Part shown: positions 13,947 to 24,797 of the stretch, piece after piece
Position numbering within the stretch: the stretch's first letter is position 1
Layout of the letters: each line of letters opens with the position of its first letter
Source: Mobula hypostoma
Taxonomy: Eukaryota
DNA: 64,000 bases
NCBI RefSeq assembly: GCF_963921235.1
Contig: NC_086108.1
Location: 54,438,001-54,502,000, forward strand
Direction of reading: 5' to 3'
Notes under the pieces: model-generated
Told to the model about the DNA's origin: nothing
The model's database searches: none
The model's input: the letters and a program-made list of their open reading frames with translations, nothing else
Translations under genes and position numbers: made by a program

Positions 13947-14508
13947 CACTCAGTGGCCATTTTATTAGGTTCACCCTGCATACCTCCTTGTAAATATAAA
14001 TACCTAATTAGCCAATTATGTGGCAGCAACTCAATGCATAAAAGCACGTAGGCGTAGTCAAGAGGTTCCGTCATTTTTCAGACCAAACATTAGAATTGGG
14101 AATGCATATAATCTAACTGACTTTGACCATGTAATGATTGCTGGTGCCAGACAGGGTGGTTTGAGTATCTCAGAAACTGCTGATCTTTTGAGATTTTCAC
14201 ACACACCAGTCTCTGGAGTTTACAGAGAATGTTACAAAAAAAAACAGGAAACATCCAGTGAGTGGCAGTTCTGTCAACAAAAACACCTTGTTAATGAGAA
14301 AGGTCAAAGGAAAACAGTTAGACTGCCTCAAACTGGCAGGAAGGTGATTCAAATAGCCATACAACAGTGGTGTGCATAAGAGCGTCTCTGAATGCACAAT
14401 GCGTTGAACCTTGAAATGGATGGGCTACAGCAACAGAAGACCATGAACATACACTCAGTGGCACCTTCAGTAGGTACAGAAGGGACTGAATAAAATGGCC
14501 ACTGAGGG
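13947..14508 (+). mobile_element. Non-autonomous Tc1/mariner element
   Basis: TIRs cactcagtggccattttatt / aataaaatggccactgag after TA; Tc1 HTH remnant LTDFDHVMIAGARQGGLSISETADLL. Confidence 0.85.
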
Positions 14509-14742
14509 CAAGTACCCACAGTGTACCAGATGAATAAGTCAGACTGGTAGCCACTTCAATGTGCATGCACAATTCAGGGTATTGTGTAATGATCTATGTT
14601 CAACCATATGAGGAATTATTAGTGCCCACAAGGATTGTTGAAGTATTTGATTCAGCAACAAATTAAAATATGGTCTTTGTAGGTTAGGAACTTCCTGGTT
14701 TTGATAATTCTCAAACTCAAGATCATTAAACAAAACTCATAC

Positions 14743-14899
14743 CTGAGCAAATAGATATTCCAAGGAATTTGCATCCAAGAGAGGAGTTCCATTTTCCATA
14801 TTTTGAGGGTCACTATTATTTTTCAGCTTTCGAGCAGGAGTATGTCTCCAGACAGGTTGTTCATTTTCATTGGATCCATGCCAGTTGCCAAAGAAGAAC
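14743..14899 (-). CDS. JAK1: JAK1 coding exon (157 nt), FFFGNWHGSNENEQPVWRH...GTPLLDANSLEYLFAQ
   Basis: Manual translation of the reverse strand matches JAK1 FYFTNWHG...PLLDASSLEYLFAQ; cttcag|G acceptor; CAG|gtatg donor; phases 2 to 0. Confidence 0.97.
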
Positions 14900-15825
14900 C
14901 TGAAGAAATATGACATAGTTGGTTCTGGAAATCAGTCAACGTACAATAATGACACACAGAATAGATGCTATGGACAAACAGAGAGCAGTGGCACAGGTTT
15001 CGATGTGCAGCAGATTGCACCATGGCCTGTTTGTACCCATTGTATTTTCCAAGTTCCCACCAGTGATCTGCCTTGTTTATGGCATTAATGGAAAAACCTC
15101 AACCGAAGTCCAGCATTGCCTTTATCACCTTTTTTTCACATTTAAGTATCAACAGGTGTCAACCAACAATCTTCAGCTTATCCTAACTGAGGCATCAGGA
15201 GACCTCAGAGGCCTTTATCTAAAGTCTATTGCTTACATCATTACACAAGGCTTAGAAAGGAAATACTGAGTCAATGACTTTTCAAAATACCATGAACAAC
15301 TGAATCATTGTGGTTAAGTGTGCTAGCCAATGATTTTCAGCTCGTACGAGTTATCAGGACATACGGGATGTTGGAAAGCTCCAATTATAAGACATGCAAG
15401 AGCTGGTTGCATGCACTTTACAGCATACAGATAATAATTAGGAAGCTGGAAAAGCTGTACAGCTAAAGTAGTTTGCACAACCAACCAGACCAGGAACAAC
15501 TAACTCAATTAAAAATGAGCATCTAACTTACTGTTATCCTTATCTCAATGAACACTGCCCCAACGGTTAGAGCACTTACCAAGAGGATCTCAAAGTCTAA
15601 TGAACTTTAATAAATGTAATTAAACACAGAGAGAAAATTCAGCTTCACTTGATGTGACATTTGCCCAAGCTGACACAGCAACAACCATCTAAAACCTGGG
15701 CTTTCCTGATAAGAAGACATAGCCACAAAGGACTGTGTCAAATTGTTGTTTACATTCTGGACTTAAAAATCCACTGTACATTGCATATATCTGTATATAG
15801 CAATGGCAAACAACTAAATTAACAG

Positions 15826-16270
15826 ACTACTACTACGTCAACTCAGGCCTAGGGGGCTGGCATCAGGCACGATGACGGACTCTCCACTTCTCCCTCTCCC
15901 TCATCAGTGTTCAGTTGATCTATACTAGTTGCGCTGCTGTCTTCTAGGAGCGTGTTGACCATAGTCTTGGGAGGGCGCCCAGGGTTCATCCTCCCATGCT
16001 TGGGCTCCCATATGAGGCTGGCAGGTAGGTAGCTTGGGGTGGTGTCGACAGTGCCCCGCTAGTTGCAGTCTTCTCGCCTCGATTTTAGTGGTGAGCATCG
16101 GTAGGTTGTTATAGAGCTCAACATTTGTCATGTGCTGTTGCCAACTCACGTCAAGAGCCATCCGCAGCATTCCTGTATAGCAACCATCTAGAGACTTTCG
16201 CATCATCTTGGTGAGTGTCCACGTCTCGCATCCGTACGTGAGAATGGACTCTATGACTGCTATGAAAATT
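15826..16270 (-). mobile_element. RTE-like LINE 3' fragment with (TAG)n tail
   Basis: AVIESILTYGCETWTLT...RRLQLAGHC; near-identical to 32097-32860. Confidence 0.85.
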
Positions 16271-17340
16271 AATGGAAAGCAGCAGCAAAACCAGGATAAA
16301 ATAAATGTCAAGTGTTAAATATTAAAGCCAATATCTGTAAAAAGCTAAAGCATAATTTTTTAAACACAAATCCTTACACGTTGATAAAAAGTTTTTCTGA
16401 AATATCGTAACTAGCATTTTCTCTTTGCAGCTACTGATTCAGACATTTTAGATCTACATTTTTCACTTTAAAATAAGCCTGTTGTTGTGTTGCAATAGCT
16501 TTCAACCCTACTGGAGTAAACAGACCATCAAAGCAATGAACTGTTAGGTACATCAGTGCATGAGTCACTTTGATGCCTGGCAAATCAGCCACAACACCAC
16601 CAGATTGTGTAGCCCCTAGCCCATCATCTTTCCTGCTGAGCTGCCAGCTCCATATCATTTGGGCTATGACCTTGAGTCAACGAGAAGGGCAGGAACCTCT
16701 GATACGCTCACCTCATGTCTCTTCCCTCTATTACATTAAAACAAAATTGGCGAAGGTCTAGGAGAAGGCTGCTTGCATGCATAAGTAACACATGATAAAT
16801 ATGGAATAGAATGTTGAAAACGTTCACTGCTTTAAATTAGATACATAAATTATCAACCAACCTTAACTTTATGAAAGCAGCAATGTGCAAACCTTAAAAC
16901 ATAACTGATGCAAAGTATGTGTGCATAGTGCTCATAAATTTCAGGTGAATTTCACATCCCGTTTATTCTAAAACAATGGCATTTCATAAATTATAAAAAT
17001 TTATTTGCCCTGTGCTTAACACATTTTAATAGTTAACCATTTTACTTTTCTTTACAATGCTAAATGAAGATTCTACCAAACAGCAGCACCAGCTGATGCA
17101 TTTGTTATTCTCATCACTGAGGTGAAGTCTTCCGTTTTTTAAAATTACCTGCTGTGGGGGGCAGGTGTAACTTTGTTCAGAATAGTCAATTTTGTTTTAT
17201 TGAGCTCCATCAACCACAAAACAGCATCTTTGGCCAGAAACACAGAAAGCGACTACCCATTTTCAGGAACTTACACGGGCCAGCACATACTGAGCTACTT
17301 TGTAATAGCAGTTCTTTAACACACACCAAAACAAATATAT

Positions 17341-17868
17341 ATGCAGTGGCCACTTCATGAGGTACAGCAGTGGATTTCTGTGCTGCTGTAGCCCATCCAC
17401 TTCAAGGTTCGATGTTTTGTGCATTTAGAGATGCTTTTCTGCACACCATTGTTGTAACACATGGCTATTTGAGGTACTGTCACCTTCCTGTCAGCTTGAA
17501 CCAATCTGGCTATTCAACCCTGACCTCTCTCGTTAACAGAGTGTTTTTACCCACAGAACTAGTGCTCACTGGATGTGTTTTGGGTTTTTCACACCATTCT
17601 CTGTAAACTCTGAGACTGTAGTGTGAAAAATCCCAGGAGATCAGCAGTCTGTGAGATACTCCAACCACCCTGCCTGGTATCAACAATCATTCCACAGCCA
17701 AAGTCAATTAGATCACATTCCTTCCCCATTCTGTTTGTTTTGAACAACAACTGAACCGCTTGACCATGCCTGCATGCTTTTATGTAGTGAGTTGCCTACA
17801 CATGACTGGCTGATCAGATATTTGCATTAATGGCCTGTATATGTGCACCTGATAAAGGTCACTGAATA
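17341..17868 (-). mobile_element. Non-autonomous Tc1/mariner element, same family as 13947-14508, opposite orientation
   Basis: Reverse complement of the first copy, e.g. gtagcccatccacttcaaggttcga vs ttgaaccttgaaatggatgggctac. Confidence 0.8.
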
Positions 17869-18674
17869 CATCAGCAGCTTTCTACACAGCGTCCCGCTTA
17901 TTTTTTCTGAGCTCTGAGATAGAATATTAGAGTTCCTTGGTATTTAAGAGGACATTCTTCACTATATCAGCATGTGGCTGAATTGCAAAAGGCAATGCAG
18001 GATGACAATCAAGTTCAAGGCCTTCTTAAGGCACATGACTCAAATCCACTGCAGGCAATAATGTTCCTAGTTGAGCATCTGGAGGATTTCAAAATGGGCT
18101 TTTAATGCTTTAGAACAGCACAGTACAGCACATTACAGGTCCTTTGGCCCAGAAGGTCTGCTAACTCTTTATTATCATATTAAATGTTCAAGTTCTGCGG
18201 TCAAAAACAGTGAACAAAAGTTAAAAAAAAGCCAATAATGAAAACACACTCTGAGATGTGGAAACAGCAGTTTGAACTTACCTAGTATTCAATCTTCATA
18301 ATACTTAAACCAGAGAGTAAACAAGAGATTCTTGATGACAGTGCCACAATAAAACAAAAGGAACAGCAATATAACACCAAGAAGCTCAGAATATACCCTC
18401 TACCTAGAGCACAGTTAAAGACCTCTAGAGTTAATTACTATAATTTAAGCTAAAGCAAGAGATTTACCATTACAATATTTTTAGAGATTTCCAGCTCTAA
18501 AATTGTTTGAAAAATTTATTAAAGGGTCCAAATGTCAAAATCTAGAAATAAGTTAAGCGGTATATTTTTCTTTTAATGCATAAATATCAGCAACTGATAT
18601 GCACTTAATCTGTAGATGATAACTCACCCTACGCATACAGAAAAGATCGAACTGCTTGCTCAACGTAGATCCTA

Positions 18675-19430
18675 AACAAAAGAAATTCTGCAGATGCTGG
18701 AAATCTTCAGCATCACGCGCAAAATGCTGGAGGAACTCATCAAGTCAAGCAGCATCTAGGCAGATGAGTAAACAGTTGGTGTTTCAGGTCAAGACCCTTC
18801 AGAAGGTCTGGAAAGGAAGGGGGCAGAGGCCAGTATAAGAAGGGGTGGGCTGGAAAAACTACAAGTTGTCATTTAATAGGTGTAACCAGGTGAAGGGCAT
18901 GGTGGGTGGGTGGGGGGGGGATGAAGTAAGAAGCTGGGACACGCTTCTTAGGGAAGGGGGTGTAGGCAACAGTGGAAGGAGATGGACAGTTGAAAAGAAG
19001 AGAACGTGTGAGAGGAGAACTAGAATGGGGAAAGGAAAAAGAGAGAAGAAACAGAAGTTAGTATAAACATTGATTTCTCTACCAGGTTAGGGGCTACAAA
19101 TAGAAAATGAGATGTTGTTTCTCCAACACAAGTATGGTCTGAAAGTGGCAGCAAAGGAGGCCGTGACAGACATATTGGGATGGGAATGGGAAGTCAGATT
19201 GAACTGGGCAACCAGTGAGAGATTCTACAACCTGCTGGTGAAATGTTGCCTCACCTGGAAGAACTGAATGGAGGTGAAGGATGAGGTGGAGAGGCACATG
19301 TAGCACTTGTCATGCTTGCAGGGATAAGTGCCATGAAGGAGATTTGTAGGAAAGGATGAAGACTTTTGGCCCTAAACTCCTCTCCAGCGATGCTGCCTGA
19401 CTTGCTAAGTTTCTCTTGCAGTTTGCACAT
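18675..19430 (-). mobile_element. Penelope-like element 3' fragment with short inverted 5' arm
   Basis: GIY-YIG C-terminus (HGLLCCH...LEKQHLIFYL), purine-rich 3' region, decayed hammerhead, fold-back end at about 19350-19425. Confidence 0.75.
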
Positions 19431-19509
19431 GCTGATCAATGTAGATCATGCACATTCTCCCCACATACAGGACTGTTATTAATCAGCATGCAATCTGCCA
19501 AAAGCTCTC

Positions 19510-21260
19510 TTTAAAAGCATATTTGAAGTGCTACTTTCAAGAAATTTTTCCTAGATCCCTCTGTTCTACAGCATTCCTCAGTACTCTACAGTGTAAGCCC
19601 TCCCAAAGTGCAATATCCCATACCAGACTGCATTAAATTCCATTTGCCATTTACTACCCAATTTTTCCAGCAAGCTTTGAAAGCCTTCCCCTTGCTGTCT
19701 ACTACACCCTGAATCTTGGTGTCATCCACAAATTTGCTGATCTAGTTTTCCATATTGTCAAGGTCATTGATGTAGATGACAAACCACAATGGACCCAGCA
19801 CTGATTCCTGTGGCACACCACTATTCACAAGCCTCTAGTCAAAGAGCCAACCATCTACTACTAGTCTCTGGCTTCACCCACTATGCCAATGTTGAATCCA
19901 AGTTATAACCTCATCCTGAATGCCATGCAACTGAACCTTCTTGATCAGCCTCCCAGTGAGACTTTGTAAAGGGCCTTGCTAAAGTTTATGCAGACAACAT
20001 CCACTGCCTTGCCTTCATCAACTTTCCTGGTAACCTCCCTGAAGAACTTGAAAGATTGGTTAGACAAGACCTGCCATCCACAAAGCCATGTTGACTATCA
20101 CTAATCAGGCCCTGTCAATTATAGTAGATTCTGGTTAACTGGACCATCAGCTAATCAGGGCAGCCGCTTATTTGGTATAACTCTTGAAGAACAAAAACTA
20201 ATTCAGAAAATAGCCAGGATTACCTTAGCATATTTGGGACACTATGCTACTTAATTGGAATAGGAGACTAAAAGTTGCCGAATGGTTTCTAGCTAGTGTC
20301 AGTCACATGCACCCATGTAGCAGAGACTAAACTATTCCTCTTTGTGTTCAAAAAGCTGTGATTTTGTTACTGTTAGTTGGTGAGTAATAAGCAGTAAGAA
20401 TTCAGAACTGCTTTGCTCAGGACAGTTTCAAACATTCAGGCTTGGAAAAGCCAAAAATGGTCACGAGTGAGAATGAAATTATTTCAATTTACAAGTTAGG
20501 AACTGAAAAATTTGAAGAGATCAACAATTACCTTCAATGTTACAATGAAAATGAAGATTTGGAAGATACATTCATCTAAAGTGTCTGCACTGGGGTGTCT
20601 CCACTGATTTTGTTCGTTTACAGTCAATCAAAAATAATATTGTAGCATACACTGCATGTCAATAGCTACTACGAAATAATAGTTTTATGGTATTATAGCA
20701 ATATTGGTAAGGTTCTAATTTGTTCATAAATTGTTACTCAGTTAAACGGCAGTTTCCCTTTTTCATATCTTTTTAACTATTTTCATGAAATTTTGGCTAA
20801 CTGGGTCAAAATGTACTGATCCTGATCAGTATGTCCCAATCAACTGGAATCCACTGTACTTATGTATCCTATTACTGTATTAGAATACCTTCCATTAATT
20901 GACCCACTACTGACATCAGACTCATCTGCCTATACTTTTCCAGTTTATTCTTAAGAGCCTTTCTTGTACAACAGAACAACATTATCTGTCCTCCAGCACC
21001 TGTCTGTCACTAAGGACATTTTAAATACCTCTGTAATTTCTCCATTAGCCTCCCACATGGTCTGAGGGGGCACTTTGCCAGGCCTTGTGGAATTATCCAT
21101 TCTAATTTGCCTTCAGACAACAAATACCTCCTCCTCTGTAATCTCTATACAGTTTGTGGCCTCACTGCTGTTTTGCCTCACTCCCATAGACTCTGCATCC
21201 ATTCTCAAGTTAATACCGATACAAAAAATCCGTTTAAGATCTCATGCTAAAAAAATCCAT
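19510..21260 (-). mobile_element. CR1 LINE RT fragment, interrupted by a DNA transposon
   Basis: RT motifs on the minus strand (QHGF, DVV.INF.KA, GVPQESVLGP, KFVDDTK). Confidence 0.75.
20122..20856. mobile_element. Non-autonomous pogo/Tigger-like DNA transposon (partial second copy at about 50570-51010)
   Basis: Imperfect TIRs agtagattctggttaactgg / ccaatcaactggaatccactg followed by TA; internal sequence repeated at 50570-51010. Confidence 0.65.
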
Positions 21261-21992
21261 TTAAAATCTCAAGTACAAGAATTCTTGTCTGATCATATTG
21301 GATGGCCACGGTTTTTCTCCCTGCAGTTTATCACATACCAGGCATTCTCCCTCATACTCAATTTGTGCCATATTCCCACGGGGATATGCAGTGTGACAAT
21401 TCATTTGTAGCCAAGAGCTGTATTATCAGAAGAAGTCAGCCACAATCTGGCGCTCCGCAGCATGGAGGTCTCTGCGACTGAAATCAACTACTGAAAGCTC
21501 AGATTAGTTGTACAGTCACAGCATCTGTAGGAGAAATTAATCTGGAACCATATTAGTTCTCAGGAACGAGATCTGTAAAGAAATCTGCCACACACAAAGA
21601 AACATTACTCACAGCAGTGCTGTACTGGGATCTTCATGCAAACCCCTGTCCCCTTTAGGGTTGGGTGCTGCTATGCCAGGGACCAGGCAGTAATCTCACA
21701 ATCTCACAGCACAGTGTAGGGAAGCTGCCTGTGAGGCTATGGTACTGGAGCAAGACCAAGGCCAGTAGTACCTATTCAATGCATTAACTGACCATCCAAA
21801 TGCGATAGTCTGTTGTCACCACTTGTTGCATGTGTGGACGTTGCTGTCTTCCCTCTCGTATTATCTGCACAACTCTCCCCAACTTGGAAATTTCTTCAAA
21901 GGAGCTTGTTGCCACAGGGAAATCTCTGGGTTAGTACAATCATCGATGTTGCGGAGAAAAAGTCGGGGAGAGGTTTGTGTACTCTGCCGCAA

Positions 21993-23022
21993 CAGACACA
22001 AGTGCTGGAGGAACGCAGAAAGTCAGGCAGCACCTATGGAGGGGAATATCTGTCGAAGTTTTGGGCCAGGACCCTTTAAAGGAAGGGGGTAGAAGTGAGA
22101 ATAAGGAGGTAGAGGAAGGGGAAGGAATATAAGTTGGCAGGTGATAGGTGAAACCAGGTGAGGGGGATGTTGGGTGGAAGTGGGAGGGTGGAGTAAGAAG
22201 CTGTAAGATGATAGGTGGAAGAGGTAAAAGGCTGAAGAAGAAGCAATCTGATAGGTGAGAATAGTAAACCATGGGAGAAAAGGAAGGAGAAGAGGCTCTA
22301 GAGGCATGGGATAGGCAGGTGAAGAAAAGATGAAAGAGGGAAGCCAGAAAGGGGAATGGCAAAATGGAGAAGGGGAGGGATGAGAAACTACTGGAAGTTA
22401 GAGAAATCACTGTTCATGACATTAGTTTGGGGGCTACCTAGCTGGAACATGAAGTGTTGCACTTCCAACCTGACGGTGACTATAGAGGTGATCATAGACC
22501 AACATGTTGGAATGGGAATGGCAAGTCAAATTCTGTCTGACCTCGAACCTGATAGCATGAACATCAACTTCTCTAACACCTGGTAAGTTCTCCCCCAATC
22601 CTTTCTTTCTTTTTCCATTTCCCATTCTGGCTCCCTTCTTAGCCCTTCTCCTCAACTGCTGATCACCCCCATCTGGTGCCCTGCCCCTTCCCTTTCTCTC
22701 ACGGTCCACTGCCCTCTCCAATAAGATTCCTCCTTTATCAGCCCCTTACCTCTTCAACTATCACCTCCCAGCTTCTGACTTCATCCCACTTCCCCCACCC
22801 ACCCACCTTCCCCCTCACCAGATTTCATCTGTAATCTGCCAGTTTGGACTCCTTCCACTCCCCCACCTTCTTATTCTGGCTTCTTCCCCCCTCCTTCCCA
22901 GGCCTGGTAAAGGGTATCGGCCCAAAGCATTGACTACTTATCCCTCTCCAGTCATGCTAAGCTCCTCCAGCATTTTGTGTGTTCTGCTCTGGATTTCCAA
23001 CATCTGCAGAATTTCTTGTATT
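21993..23022. mobile_element. Penelope-like element with long inverted (tail-out) arms
   Basis: Left arm minus, right arm plus (PDSMNINFSN EN end, C/T-rich UTR, decayed hammerhead at about 22898-22935, canonical terminus). Confidence 0.8.
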
Positions 23023-23212
23023 TGTGTATTCTGCACTTCATGAATGATTTCATTACGTTGTGAAAGAGAGGTGGGCATCCTTCCTGTTAAAGATGCAAAT
23101 CAGTCATGACATGTTCAGAGAAAGAGAGCTGGCTGGAACACAATCCCAAAGTGGAACTATTAGGGGCACATTCTTAATGCTTTCCCTTGCATCTTTCTGC
23201 TATAACACGGTA

Positions 23213-23498
23213 GGGGCGCCATGACAGCACAGCAGTTAGCTTGGAATGTTCCGGAGTTTTGAGTTCAATTCTGGTGCCATTCTGTAAGGAGTCTGTACAT
23301 CCTCCCGGTGGAATGCGTGGGGTTTCTCTGGGTGCTCCGGTTTCCTCATGCAGTCCAAAGACTGCAGGTTAATTGGTCATTGTAAATTATCCCGTGATTA
23401 GGTTAGGGTTAAGCAGGGTTGGTGGGGATTGCTGGGGCAGCGTGGCTCAAAGGGTCAGAAGGGCCTACTCCCCACTGTATCACCTAAATAAATAAATA
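23213..23498 (+). mobile_element. tRNA-derived V-SINE (HE1-like)
   Basis: B-box gagttcaattc; V-domain gcgtggggtttctctgggtgctccggtttcctc...tccaaagac; CR1-like tail and (TAAA)n. Confidence 0.8.
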
Positions 23499-23712
23499 CA
23501 TACACACATTGTTGCCTATTTCCTGCTTTGGTGCATGCACCCTCTCCAATGTAATGTCATTTGTGATCCACCTCTGTAACTAAGTACATTTAGGAGCTTT
23601 AAGGGGTCTTCAAATGTCCTAAACTATAGGTGGTAACATTACAAATTGTTAAGAGCTGCTAATGTTGATTCTCCCTCAGTTAGCTTTTCTGCTAAATGCC
23701 AGTTAATTTTTC

Positions 23713-23877
23713 CCAGCCGTGGTGCAGACCAAACAAACCAGCCACACACTGACCAAAACCAAGTCGTTTGCACAAAACTTAAATTTGCCAAAGTTTTCTA
23801 GAGCAGAAGTTACTGAGTGTAAAATTCCCCCTTTTTCACTTTCAAGTTCCTTCTTATTGCTGAATGCAGAAAAACTT
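23713..23877. repeat. 165-bp unique intronic segment, duplicated in inverted orientation at 24590-24754
   Basis: Direct read-through comparison shows 3 substitutions in 165 bp. Confidence 0.97.
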
Positions 23878-24548
23878 TGGCAGAAATCTGAAATACTAAT
23901 CACACTTAAATTTATGTCATCTGTGGATTATGTGCAAAACGCCTTCCTTGAGCAATTTAGTTCATGCCATCATGGATATAAAATGCAATCATCTTACTTC
24001 ACAATGGGAGAAGAGCCAGAATTAGATTTATTATCACTGATTTATACAATGTGAAAATTGTTGCTCTGTGGCACCAATACGGTGCAAAGATATAAAATTA
24101 CTAAAATTTACAAAATACAAAGTGAAAAAAAAGAGGGGATGTCCATGGGCCATTCAGAAAATTGTTGGCAGAAGAGAAGAAACAGTTTCTGATTCACTGA
24201 GTGAGAGTCTTCAGGCTCCTCTACCTCCTCCCTGATCAGAGTAACAAAAGATGCCCTGGATGGCGAGGGTGATTAGAGATGGATGCTGCCTTCTTGATTA
24301 GATTAGATTATGAGGACACGCAGTCCTCTTTTATTGTCATTTAGTAATGCATGCATTAAGAAATGATACAATATTCCTCCAGTGTGATATCACAGAATCA
24401 CAGGACAGACCAAGACTGAAAAGCTAACAAAAACCACATAATTATAACATATAACAACAGGAATTCTGCAGATGCTGGAAATTCAAGCAACACACATCAA
24501 AGTTGCTGGTGAACGCAGCAGGCCAGGCAGCGTCTGTAGGAAGAGGTG

Positions 24549-24588
24549 CAGTCGACGTTTCATGCCGAGACCCTTCGTCAGGACTAAC
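24549..24588 (-). ncRNA. Minimal hammerhead ribozyme motif, second arm (sense to JAK1)
   Basis: AGUC-CUGACGA-A-GGGUCUCGGCAU-GAAA-C-GUC|GACU; core intact, one mismatch in stem II. Confidence 0.65.
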
Positions 24589-24757
24589 GAAGTTTTTCTG
24601 CATTCAGCAATAAAAAGGAAAATGAAAGTGAAAAAGGGGGAATTTTACACTCAGTAACTTCTGCTCTAGAAAACTTTGGCAAATTTAAGTTTTGTGCAAA
24701 CGACTTGGTTTTGGTCAGTGTGTGGCTGGTTTGTTTGGTCTGCACCACGGCTGGAAA

Positions 24758-24797
24758 GTTAGTCCTGACGAAGGGTCTCGGCCTGAAACGTCGACTA
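24758..24797 (+). ncRNA. Minimal type I hammerhead ribozyme motif (PLE-associated)
   Basis: UAGUC-CUGACGA-A-GGGUCUCGGCCU-GAAA-C-GUC|GACUA: intact core, stem I UAGUC/GACUA, stem II hairpin, vestigial palindromic helix III. Confidence 0.75.
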
